In this document: positions 10,797-18,449 of the stretch, piece after piece
Numbering within the stretch: the first letter of the stretch is position 1
Layout: every line of letters begins with the position of its first letter
Virus genome (UHGV): UHGV-0199506
DNA length: 46,001 bases
From: a virus
Reading direction: 5' to 3' (one strand)
The notes under the pieces: generated by a model
Databases searched by the model: none
What the model was told of the DNA's origin: nothing
The model's input: only the letters and a program-made list of their open reading frames with translations
Made by a program: the position numbers and the translations under genes

Positions 10797-10830
10797 TATC
10801 AAAATTTTATCAAAACAAGTTATCAAAACC
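10797..10830 (+). repeat. Three direct repeats of GTTATCAAAA, candidate integrase arm-type binding sites (P' arm) adjacent to the int 3' end. A related copy GGTTATCAAAACTCGG lies at 10434-10449 on the other side of the core
   Basis: gttatcaaaattt / ttatcaaaacaa / gttatcaaaaccc read directly. The position, between the att core and int, is typical of lambda-family arm sites. Confidence 0.45.
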
Positions 10831-10844
10831 CCTCCCAAAAAACC

Positions 10845-11972
10845 TCATAAGGCCACCGTTGTCCACCCCTTCCCACGATCATCATGGTACCTATCCGTTT
10901 GTTGTTGAGTTTTATGTCCAAGTAAATCTTTCGTGTTTATACCCTGGGCTTTATATAACCGCTCGGAAAGCGATCTTTGTTCATGGAAAGTTGCCGGTGT
11001 ACCTTGTCCCCAGTCAATATCTGCACTGTCTCTTGCCTTGCTGAAATTCATGGTCAGTGTTCTGGGTTTCACCTGTGCTCCTCGCTCAGCCTGTGAGGTG
11101 GTTCTAAAGAAATGAACCAAATAAGGGCTTACTGCATAATCCCGGCAACGACTGATTACATCTCGGAGGCTCCAGTTGATTGCGTTGCAACGCAGAGCTA
11201 ATGGTATAGCGATTTTGCTTCCGGTTTTCTCTTGCTCAACGTGTAGATGATCGTCCCAGATGTCCGAGAATTTCATACGGGATATATCACCTAGTCGCTG
11301 TCCTGTTACTATGGCTAAAAGCATGGCGTTCCCCATGTATTTGTGATTTTCATCGGCTATATCAAAAATCTTTTGCCATTCCTCAAGAGTGAGGCGCTGG
11401 CGAGTGATCTTTCTACGAGGTTGTTTAGTTGCTAGTGCAGGGTTATAACCAGGAGGTACTTCTCCCGCATGCTGAGCTTCTTTAAAAACATCTATTAGGA
11501 CAGAGCGAATGACCTGAGCCATTCTGGGTTGTCCCTCCGCTAAATATTCATCAAGAATTTGCGCAACATCTCGAACATTGACAGCGGATATTAATTTCAT
11601 TCCTACCCGTTCCTTAAGCAGAGATACTGGTTTTGCTTTTTGTTTGATAGTGTTTTCTTTAATATCTCCGGACTTCAATCTTTCCTGCTGAATCTTCCAG
11701 TAACGTTCAAGCCAGGTGTTAGTTGATATTGATTTTCCTGAGCTGGTGGAAATTCTGTCAGTGATTGCCATTATCTGGCGGGTTTGTTGTTCCGCCAGTC
11801 TTTTATTTGCTTCAATAGCTATTGCCGTGGCCTCTGCTTCGTCTGTTCCTAGACTATGAAACTTACCAGTTATCGGGTGCTTATAACGCCAGTATACTTT
11901 ATTAACCTTTCTGCTGAAGAGCGGGTATAAATTTGGAATAGATATATTATTTTTACGTGGTCTGGCAGCCAT
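10845..11972 (-). CDS. int: Tyrosine integrase, lambda Int / e14 IntE family
   Basis: 375 aa. The C-terminal catalytic region ...FHEQRSLSERLYKAQGINTKDLLGHKTQQQTDRYHDDRG... matches the lambda Int R..HxxR..Y signature region. The N-terminal part is an arm-binding-type domain. It sits next to the icd fragment. Confidence 0.9.
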   Translation of the reverse strand: MAARPRKNNISIPNLYPLFSRKVNKVYWRYKHPITGKFHSLGTDEAEATAIAIEANKRLAEQQTRQIMAITDRISTSSGKSISTNTWLERYWKIQQERLKSGDIKENTIKQKAKPVSLLKERVGMKLISAVNVRDVAQILDEYLAEGQPRMAQVIRSVLIDVFKEAQHAGEVPPGYNPALATKQPRRKITRQRLTLEEWQKIFDIADENHKYMGNAMLLAIVTGQRLGDISRMKFSDIWDDHLHVEQEKTGSKIAIPLALRCNAINWSLRDVISRCRDYAVSPYLVHFFRTTSQAERGAQVKPRTLTMNFSKARDSADIDWGQGTPATFHEQRSLSERLYKAQGINTKDLLGHKTQQQTDRYHDDRGKGWTTVAL

Positions 11973-12222
11973 CGTTCAAAATCCTCTGCAAAAGAACAGG
12001 GTCGCTTTTCTTTACTACAGGAGTGGTCAATGTACCGACCAACTCAGCATCCTCCCTGACGCGCCAGAATCGACCTTCTTTTTTGGCTGGGGGAGAAAAC
12101 ATATTCTGTTTAGCATAATTCCTGAGAGTGGAAACACTTGGAGGATTGCTTCTGTATTTCTCGTTTGCCCACTCTTCAAGGGTTAACATCTGGAGCATAT
12201 GTTTTACCTCATCATGGCCCAT
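11953..12222 (-). CDS. xis: Excisionase / AlpA-like small DNA-binding protein
   Basis: 89-aa ORF immediately upstream of int and overlapping it by 20 nt. It has a 'LTLEEWANEKYRSNPPSVSTLRNYAKQN' helix-turn-helix-like motif typical of Xis/Vis proteins. The true start may be an internal Met. Confidence 0.55.
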   Translation of the reverse strand: MGHDEVKHMLQMLTLEEWANEKYRSNPPSVSTLRNYAKQNMFSPPAKKEGRFWRVREDAELVGTLTTPVVKKSDPVLLQRILNDGCQTT

Positions 12223-12250
12223 TGCTGGGCCAGTATCTGAAAATACAAAA

Positions 12251-14389
12251 TCAGTTTTGCATCAATTTTTGCAGCACCTGATTGCCGGCAATTATTCGCT
12301 GCCAGATCGCTGATACATAGCGGGCCTGATGAATAGCATCAGCGAGGGCATTGTGACGAGACCCTTCAAACGGGATCGTTGTTTTGGGGTCGAAGCTAAT
12401 GGCTTGGCCGAGCTCTACCATTGTTCGTACGTCCCGATCGTTCCAGTATTCCCACGGATAATCTTCAGCAATGCAATCGTAAGAAGAACGCAGAATAGAG
12501 TTGTCGAATGACGCACCGTTACCCCATACCTGCGCCTTTTTGCTCCCACCAGCAACATTATCAGAAACAAATTCTCTGAACTGGAGTAATGCATCCTGCA
12601 ACGGGATAGCATCATCATTTACGATCGCAGAGCGTGCTTCGGAGGACTGTCTAAGCCACCAGATAACAGTAGATGGATCGATTACGGCGCCCCAGTTCAC
12701 GGAGGATTCAAGGCATACGACTTTATAGAAACTTTCTCCAATAGAGCCGGTTGCCGGGTCAAAAACAACCGCACCAATAGCGACGATAGGGGCGTTATGT
12801 TTTTTACCCATGGTTTCCAGATCAACCATAACGTGAACATAATCAATTGGCTGATCTTCCTCCTTATTATGAAGACCGGATTCAATATCTACAGAATCCG
12901 TTTGATGAACAACTTCATCTGTTTTTTCTTTTTGGTTAACCTTGCCCGTAACGTCAACAAGACCTTCAATGGAAAATACTCCGTCCCCAATTTTTGAAAC
13001 TTCAGGCTGCCTGGTCTTGGTAAGGTCTTCGGTTACCCACTTCGGATCCGTAGGGTCGCTAACCCCTTCAACATATTCGCCGCGCTCGGCGGCCAGAACC
13101 TGATTAGCGTCCGGACGTTGCTTTTGAGCCTCTTTTACCAGTTCGGCACCAACTGCTTTAATGTCGGAGGAGAGTGTTTCCAGTTTTGCGCTGCTATCCT
13201 CTCCGGCGATTACTTGGTTTGTTGCATCCAGAGTGACTGCAGCAGATGGAATATGTCCCGCCTTGGTAAGCGTCTCAGCGCTCGGGGTATCATGCTTATG
13301 TTCAGTCAGATTCGCGTTGATGTAGCCACGCAACCGATCTGGAAAAGGAGTTATTCCACTGGATGCTTCCCTGATCAGTGCAAAAATCGCTGCACGGGAA
13401 TAATCAAGGATGCCTGGTGTGCTCCGTAATGCTGCAGACCATTCTTTAAATGGACTTTCTTTCTTCTGTACTATTTCCTTCGCGCGGCGGTGGACTGATG
13501 CCGGAAAATTATAGATGTCAAAATCCATAGGCATCGTTGCAAGAGCGATCTCTATATCCAGAGTATCCAGCGAATGCTGATAATCCGGATTGCGGTCAGT
13601 TTTGTTACCGCCGCCAGCATTGGCGCCGGCATCGGTTTTGTTTATTGAGGTGATATAGTTTCCAGCAGCCCATTCCTTTGTAAGGATCCCGCGGTCAATG
13701 TGCGACGTTTCAAGCCACAATTTGGCGAACTGAATTTGCTTGCCGAGCTCATGGCGTTTCCCCACAGGAAATACGCTCTTAAATGCACTGGTAAATTTCC
13801 ACAGGCCAGGCATATCATATTTTTTAAGCTCCGGAATATTTTCTGCCGTCAGCAGCAGATTCTGCACACCGTGATTATCCGTATCCATTTCCATCGCTGA
13901 AAGGCGGTTACGATGAGGAATGCTAATGTGATACACGTGACGCTCGTCGGCCATATACTGGGCAAGCAGCTGCGTGCGGAATGACATTTCCGCCAGGTTG
14001 AAGAGTGCTTCTTCATTGTTCGAATAGTCCTCTTCATCGCTATTTGCAGGAGAGATATCGTTTTCTGGTTTACTGGAGGGCTGTGGTTCAGCAGCCGCTG
14101 GCGCAACGATTTTTTGCCATGTCAGCCCGTCTTCACCACCAAGCTCGTAGCGATCGCACCAGGTGTCATCCAGTACACCTTCTTCCGGTAAGTCATCAAC
14201 GATGAGCCAGTTGGTGCGGATCGGCAGCTGATGGCTGGCGCCGCGGCCAACGTTAATTTCAGCGTCTTCCAGGATGTCCAGGATTTTGCGCTCGGCGCGA
14301 GAATCGGATTTAGCAGAGAACCAGCAGAAGAGACTTTTCGCTTCGTTTGCTTTTGCCTTCGCTTTAATGAGATACGGGTAGTTGTTCAT
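12251..14389 (-). CDS. RecE (exodeoxyribonuclease VIII)-like N-terminal region fused to a DnaQ-like DEDDh 3'-5' exonuclease domain
   Basis: N-terminal segments (IVDDLPEEGVLDDTWCDRYEL; DRGILTKEWAAGNYITSINKTDAGANAGGGNKTDR) resemble what I recall of the RecE N-terminal region. The C-terminal 190 aa carries Exo I (MVDLETMG), Exo II (WGNGASFDNSIL) and Exo III (HNALADA) motifs of the DEDDh superfamily. Confidence 0.6.
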   Translation of the reverse strand: MNNYPYLIKAKAKANEAKSLFCWFSAKSDSRAERKILDILEDAEINVGRGASHQLPIRTNWLIVDDLPEEGVLDDTWCDRYELGGEDGLTWQKIVAPAAAEPQPSSKPENDISPANSDEEDYSNNEEALFNLAEMSFRTQLLAQYMADERHVYHISIPHRNRLSAMEMDTDNHGVQNLLLTAENIPELKKYDMPGLWKFTSAFKSVFPVGKRHELGKQIQFAKLWLETSHIDRGILTKEWAAGNYITSINKTDAGANAGGGNKTDRNPDYQHSLDTLDIEIALATMPMDFDIYNFPASVHRRAKEIVQKKESPFKEWSAALRSTPGILDYSRAAIFALIREASSGITPFPDRLRGYINANLTEHKHDTPSAETLTKAGHIPSAAVTLDATNQVIAGEDSSAKLETLSSDIKAVGAELVKEAQKQRPDANQVLAAERGEYVEGVSDPTDPKWVTEDLTKTRQPEVSKIGDGVFSIEGLVDVTGKVNQKEKTDEVVHQTDSVDIESGLHNKEEDQPIDYVHVMVDLETMGKKHNAPIVAIGAVVFDPATGSIGESFYKVVCLESSVNWGAVIDPSTVIWWLRQSSEARSAIVNDDAIPLQDALLQFREFVSDNVAGGSKKAQVWGNGASFDNSILRSSYDCIAEDYPWEYWNDRDVRTMVELGQAISFDPKTTIPFEGSRHNALADAIHQARYVSAIWQRIIAGNQVLQKLMQN

Positions 14390-14530
14390 TGCGTTTGGGC
14401 TCCTTTGGATTGTAAGATACCCGGCAGCTGATGGCAGCCGCCCTGGTGGTGGTCATTGGTCAAAACTCGATTCCGGAAAGCTTTGGTCGGCTGACCGGGT
14501 ACTTAACCCGCCTTGCGCGGGTTTTGTGCT

Positions 14531-14902
14531 TTATGGGGCTGGCGAATCGCCCCGCAGCAGCTGTGATACGCGAACGTCGTCAAGCGCTCGCAGGATAGGC
14601 TCAAAAGTTTTATGGGCTGGCAGTTTAGATACCGCAGTGATCACTTCTGTAACGGTGATGTCATCGCCGCGGGGGCTATAACCACCACCTGGGCCACGCT
14701 GTGAAATTACCAGGTTACCCGCCCGCAGCTTTTTGAAGATCTGCTCAAGGTATGAAGTAGACAGCTTTGACTCTTTACTGATGGCCGTCAGTGAAACGGG
14801 CGAGCCGTCATAGAGCTTATTCAAAGTGGCGGCGGCCTGGACAGATGCCAGAACGCGTTTCATTCCAAATTCCATAATCACTTCTCCGGCCGTAACGGCC
14901 AT
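14531..14902 (-). CDS. Rrf2-family transcriptional regulator (winged HTH), cysteine-free
   Basis: 'SLTAISKESKLSTSYLEQIFKKLRAGNLVISQRGPGGGY' matches the IscR/NsrR/CymR family HTH and the GPGGGY wing. The protein has no Cys, so it has no Fe-S ligands. The likely start is at MEFGMKRV (14875), which has a GGAGAAG RBS. The first ATG lies inside a repeated motif. Confidence 0.7.
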   Translation of the reverse strand: MAVTAGEVIMEFGMKRVLASVQAAATLNKLYDGSPVSLTAISKESKLSTSYLEQIFKKLRAGNLVISQRGPGGGYSPRGDDITVTEVITAVSKLPAHKTFEPILRALDDVRVSQLLRGDSPAP

Positions 14903-14917
14903 TGGTCAAAACTCGAT

Positions 14918-15112
14918 TCAAAAACTCACTGCAGGCTGTTGGTCGTCAGCCATGTTTTGTGCATTTCGGTAGGGGAGGCACTGGCCCTGTACTTTTTGTT
15001 CATCGGCGTTGCTGTTGCAACTGGCCTCTGATGGATAAACACCGATCAGAACATCAGAGCATTCACCAGTGAGAGCACAAACGCTGATGACAAGGGCAAA
15101 CAGGGTATTCAT
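14918..15112 (-). CDS. Small secreted Cys-rich hypothetical protein (64 aa, predicted Sec signal peptide, 4 Cys)
   Basis: MNTLFALVISVCALTG|EC.. has a hydrophobic N-terminus. It is translationally coupled (ATGA overlap) to an upstream 40-aa ORF in the same leftward operon as Rrf2, exo, xis and int. Confidence 0.4.
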   Translation of the reverse strand: MNTLFALVISVCALTGECSDVLIGVYPSEASCNSNADEQKVQGQCLPYRNAQNMADDQQPAVSF

Positions 15113-15231
15113 GCCTCAGCCTCAGGGTTTCCTTTCTGCGCCAGCAAGTAACACAGCTGGCGTAGTCTCACCTCGAACCAGTTCAGGCGGGTCGCCTGGT
15201 TCCCGGTAGGTACTCGGGCAAAATCCTTCAT
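15109..15231 (-). CDS. Possible 40-aa micro-ORF (MKDFARVPTGNQATRLNWFEVRLRQLCYLLAQKGNPEAEA)
   Basis: A GGAGA RBS lies 6 nt upstream. Its stop overlaps the start of the downstream secreted-peptide gene (ATGA). It is not in the ORF track because it is under 60 aa. Confidence 0.25.
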   Translation of the reverse strand: MKDFARVPTGNQATRLNWFEVRLRQLCYLLAQKGNPEAEA

Positions 15232-15502
15232 AGTTATCTCCAGTTAACTCAGTATTAGAATGTGGTTTTGCAATGCGGCGCCGGGTGCCTCCCGGTGACG
15301 GCAGCCAGTTAACAACTACCGCCGACAACTTTTTCCCCACAACGTGTGAATAACCGCCATGTTTACTTTTTTAACTGTGTCGCGTGCGCATAGCCGCATT
15401 CACCGCATTGCAAACCCTACTAGTCGTCATGCCTGTCTTTTCACCACTTCAGGCTCGGTGGTATTCTTGGCGCTCTCACACAGCCAAATAAAAGAGAGCA
15501 AA

Positions 15503-15817
15503 ATGTCTCGTAGCCCTATACCTGTCTTCTGGTACGAAAATCCCGCTCACTATGAAGAATTCCAAAAAATCCTTTCAGATGCTTACGTCCTTCCCTTTGA
15601 CTACCACGACTGGCGTATCCGCACCGATAGCATGGTGGAGCGCTACGAAAACAGCGGTATCCAGGCTGTGAAGGTGGTAGCCAGCACTTACGATTTCATC
15701 ACCTGGTGCCAGGCCCATGGACGTGATATCAGTACCAAAAGCTGCAATGATTACGCGGTCTCCGAATCGGGCCTCCAAATCCTGCGCGACAGAGAGTTTG
15801 ATTGGGGAGACGAGTAA
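15503..15817 (+). CDS. Hypothetical protein (104 aa), probably starting at MSRSPIPVFWYENPAHYEEF..
   Basis: The ORF-track extension upstream of 15503 lacks an RBS. The internal Met has an AGAGAG RBS. No recognisable family. Confidence 0.45.
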   Translation: MSRSPIPVFWYENPAHYEEFQKILSDAYVLPFDYHDWRIRTDSMVERYENSGIQAVKVVASTYDFITWCQAHGRDISTKSCNDYAVSESGLQILRDREFDWGDE

Positions 15818-16037
15818 AAAGTAAATTTTCCCTATCTTGGATATATCTATTCTCATAGTGATGTCCTATCTCATGCCTGTAACGCCGGCCGGCGGAACGT
15901 TATAACCTGCTGCGATTGATATTGCTGTCATCTCATCCGGTGTTTCGTATGCCGCCGGCAGCTACTTCGTGGGCTTCCTGCCTCGATGACTCATTGCATT
16001 TCGTGTTTATAGTAAAACCCATTTTGTGTTTGATTGT

Positions 16038-16054
16038 CAACACGGTGTGTGTTG
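16038..16054. promoter_or_regulatory. Operator-like inverted repeat CAACACGGTGTGTGTTG, distal copy beyond the repressor terminator
   Basis: Near-palindrome (CAACAC..GTGTTG) read directly. It is related to the site at 16597-16615. Confidence 0.4.
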
Positions 16055-16093
16055 AAAGTTGGGGTGGGGGTTTGTGATGAGTTCAAAGTGAGG

Positions 16094-16134
16094 GAAAAAA
16101 ATTACAAAAAAAAACCAGCACATAGTGCTGGTTT
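16094..16134 (-). terminator. Rho-independent terminator of the repressor gene (CCAGCAC-ATA-GTGCTGG with a long T-run on the minus strand). Bidirectional-looking
   Basis: aaaaaaaaaCCAGCACataGTGCTGGttt read directly. It lies 25 nt after the stop of the 16159..16539 gene. Confidence 0.75.
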
Positions 16135-16158
16135 ATGCATTCGCTAAACGTATAGAGG

Positions 16159-16539
16159 TTATTCGTCTGCTTTTTTAAAACGGCCTCTCAGATATTTCTC
16201 GACATACTCATCGATTTCTTTAAGTCGTAGTTGAAAGGTATCAATCATCCGCTCTTGTTCAGACTCTGGAAGCTGGTCAAAAAGTGAAATCAATTTTCTG
16301 TGCTTAGGAGTGAGCCAAGACTCAGCGTTATCCTCACCAAAAATGAGCTCTGACGGGCTGATGCCTAAGGCTTTCGAGATGGTTATAGCATCATCAACGC
16401 CTATGTTCCGACGCCCAGCCTCATAATTTCCGATACGTGACTGTACCCACCCGCATAATTCCGCGAGTTTGGCTTGAGACATGCCTTTCTTCTCGCGTGT
16501 CTCTTTCAGTCTGGAAGCAATAGTCATGTTTATGTTCAT
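16159..16539 (-). CDS. Prophage immunity repressor, XRE-family HTH without a peptidase (S24) domain
   Basis: 126 aa. HTH 'MSQAKLAELCGWVQSRIGNYEAGRRNIGVDDAITISKALGISPSEL'. It is transcribed divergently from a Cro-like gene across a 105-bp operator region. The C-terminal half has no Ala-Gly/Ser-Lys LexA-type cleavage motifs. Confidence 0.8.
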   Translation of the reverse strand: MNINMTIASRLKETREKKGMSQAKLAELCGWVQSRIGNYEAGRRNIGVDDAITISKALGISPSELIFGEDNAESWLTPKHRKLISLFDQLPESEQERMIDTFQLRLKEIDEYVEKYLRGRFKKADE

Positions 16540-16596
16540 CAGATATTTTTACCACGCTACGTGTTATTCATCAAAGTACGTTTCGTCTTGACTCCT

Positions 16597-16615
16597 AAAC
16601 ACGATGTGTGTTTAA
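16597..16615. promoter_or_regulatory. Operator-like inverted repeat AAACACGATGTGTGTTTAA in the repressor/cro intergenic region, overlapping a TTGACT -35 element at 16587-16592
   Basis: Palindromic half-sites AAACAC/GTGTTT. The site lies between the divergent repressor and cro starts. Confidence 0.5.
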
Positions 16616-16644
16616 CTTAATTAAACATCAGACGTGAGGATAGA

Positions 16645-16857
16645 ATGAACAACATCGCCAAAGAACGACAAGCTCTTGGATTAACTCAGGCGCAACTCGC
16701 TAGCTTGTTTGGCTGGCGCCAGTCCCGTATATCGAATTATGAAAACGGAACACGTAACCCGGGATTGACTGAGTGCAGGCTTATTGTTGAGAAACTGAAT
16801 GAATTAGGTCGGACTTGCACCATTGATTCTGTTTTTCCTCCATTAGGCCGGGGTTAA
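16645..16857 (+). CDS. Cro-like HTH regulator (70 aa)
   Basis: HTH 'LGLTQAQLASLFGWRQSRISNYENG'. It has a GAGGA RBS and is divergent from the repressor. Confidence 0.7.
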   Translation: MNNIAKERQALGLTQAQLASLFGWRQSRISNYENGTRNPGLTECRLIVEKLNELGRTCTIDSVFPPLGRG

Positions 16858-16859
16858 CC

Positions 16860-17414
16860 ATGCAGTCAGTCACTTATCAACATCATAACCAGAATCTGCC
16901 TGGATCGCTGAAAACTCAAAATCAGTATTCACCGCAGCGTCGTGACCGCTTGAAGTGCAGAACGATATACACCGCGGTTCGGGAGTGGGAGTCCACTTTA
17001 CCTGGGCGAGCTCAGGAGCTTGTCGCGCAGCTGGTGGCCGAACAGTGGGAAAAACAAAACGGTCGCGGAATAAGCGTTAACAAACAGAATCTGTACCGAT
17101 ACCTGAAAAACGAGGGCGGCTCGGAGAAATACACCCGCTATGTCATACAGCTTTCGACAGCGATCGTTGATGCAATGCCTATTGAGATTGCGCGCAAACA
17201 TGGCCTAAAACGTGGCTTAACTGAAACCGAGCTGGTGGCCAATGCAATCAAAGAGTGTAGCGAAGCACACCAGGCCAAGTTACTTGGCGCACCTCTGCAG
17301 AAACTAGAGCGTGAAATACGGGAAGCTGCAATTGCACTTTTTAACATGCTCCCTGCAGATGCGGCGGGACCACTACTGGCGAGCATCAGCGCCGTAGCGC
17401 CGCAGTTTTTCTAA
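16860..17414 (+). CDS. Phage regulatory protein, CII/YdaT-like (184 aa)
   Basis: Sits at the cII position, immediately after cro with a 3-nt gap. It has a helical, basic C-terminal half. The family assignment is from memory of Rac YdaT-like proteins and is not certain. Confidence 0.45.
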   Translation: MQSVTYQHHNQNLPGSLKTQNQYSPQRRDRLKCRTIYTAVREWESTLPGRAQELVAQLVAEQWEKQNGRGISVNKQNLYRYLKNEGGSEKYTRYVIQLSTAIVDAMPIEIARKHGLKRGLTETELVANAIKECSEAHQAKLLGAPLQKLEREIREAAIALFNMLPADAAGPLLASISAVAPQFF

Positions 17415-17465
17415 TCGAGTTTTGACAATGACCACCAGCACCAGCTGGTTAATAAGAGGTTTCAG

Positions 17466-18449
17466 ATGGCCCGCATCAGAACAGTTAAACCTGAATTCTG
17501 GACAGATGAGAAGGTGGTGGAATGTTCAATTCCAGCGCGTCTCCTGTTTATCGGGTTGTTCAACTTCGCCAACGATATGGGATGCCTTGAGCGTTCGCCA
17601 AAACGGTTGAAGATGCAAATCTTCCCTGCGGACGCGCTCGATTGCGAACCACTAATACAGGAACTGATTACTCATGGATTACTCATTGAGTATTCAGTGA
17701 ATGATGTCTGCTATTTACAGATTAAAGGTTTCCTTAAGCATCAAAAAATAAACAGGCCTTCGGCCTCAAAAATACCTCTTCCGCCAGAATTCACTGAGTC
17801 TAAGGCAGGAAAGGAAGAAAAGAGAGCTCCTAATCAAGGAGGGCTCAGTGAGGACTCAGTGAATCCTCATGGAGGACTCACTGACGGAAAAGGAAGGGAA
17901 GGGAAGGGAAAAGGATCAAACCCCACTCTCTATGCGCAGGAGAGAAATTTTCCCCAGCAACCTCAGTATCTACCTGGAGTGGATATTCCGATCGGAAAAT
18001 TCACCATGCACGACCTTTGGCTGCCGTCACAGGACTGGCCGCGACTGGCTGCTACCTGGGGTATAGCGCTTCCCGAACCGGCATACCTGCCGACAGAGCT
18101 GGCAGAGTTCATCGCGTACTGGAAATCCGAGGGGAAAGTGTTCACTCAGATTCAGTGGGAGCAGAAATTTGCCCGCAGCGTGATAAGTGCCAGAGCCAAA
18201 TCTAAACCACAACCAGCAACCGGAGGTAAAGGCCATGCAGGAATTCAACCAGCTAACACCGCATCCCGGGCAGTTCAGGAAATTCAGGCAGCCAGAGAGC
18301 GCTGGGAAAAGCAAAACGGACTTGCTGGCGGCGGATACGGCTTGGCGGCTATGGACGGTAATGGGGGAGATATTCTCGAACCGGTGGACCCAGAAGAACG
18401 GGGCGGCGCCCTCGGATATGTGGATTGCCCAGATTGGATCGATGAGTGA
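17466..18449 (+). CDS. Replication initiation protein, O-like / DUF1376 (YdaU-like)
   Basis: The N-terminus MARIRTVKPEFW.. is the conserved start of the DUF1376 family found at the O position of Rac-like prophages. It has an AAGAGG RBS. Its 3' 215 nt overlap the P-like gene in another frame. Confidence 0.6.
   Translation: MARIRTVKPEFWTDEKVVECSIPARLLFIGLFNFANDMGCLERSPKRLKMQIFPADALDCEPLIQELITHGLLIEYSVNDVCYLQIKGFLKHQKINRPSASKIPLPPEFTESKAGKEEKRAPNQGGLSEDSVNPHGGLTDGKGREGKGKGSNPTLYAQERNFPQQPQYLPGVDIPIGKFTMHDLWLPSQDWPRLAATWGIALPEPAYLPTELAEFIAYWKSEGKVFTQIQWEQKFARSVISARAKSKPQPATGGKGHAGIQPANTASRAVQEIQAARERWEKQNGLAGGGYGLAAMDGNGGDILEPVDPEERGGALGYVDCPDWIDE

Noticed and set aside
10699-10908. 69-aa plus-strand ORF spanning the icd terminator, arm repeats and int 3' end
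   Set aside because: It crosses a strong terminator and the att arm region and is antisense to the int C-terminus.
14382-14681. 99-aa plus-strand ORF across the exo/Rrf2 intergenic region
   Set aside because: It is antisense to the Rrf2 gene and its 5' end covers the exonuclease start and leader. There is no RBS.
15122-15340. 72-aa minus-strand ORF (MGKKLSAVVVNWLPSPGG...)
   Set aside because: It overlaps the better-supported 40-aa coupled micro-ORF in another frame and has no RBS and an implausible composition. The region more likely holds the leftward promoter.
17422-17610. 62-aa ORF (MTMTTSTSW...) starting inside the repeated motif
   Set aside because: It is out of frame with, and almost entirely overlaps, the well-supported O-like gene that starts at 17466 with a good RBS.
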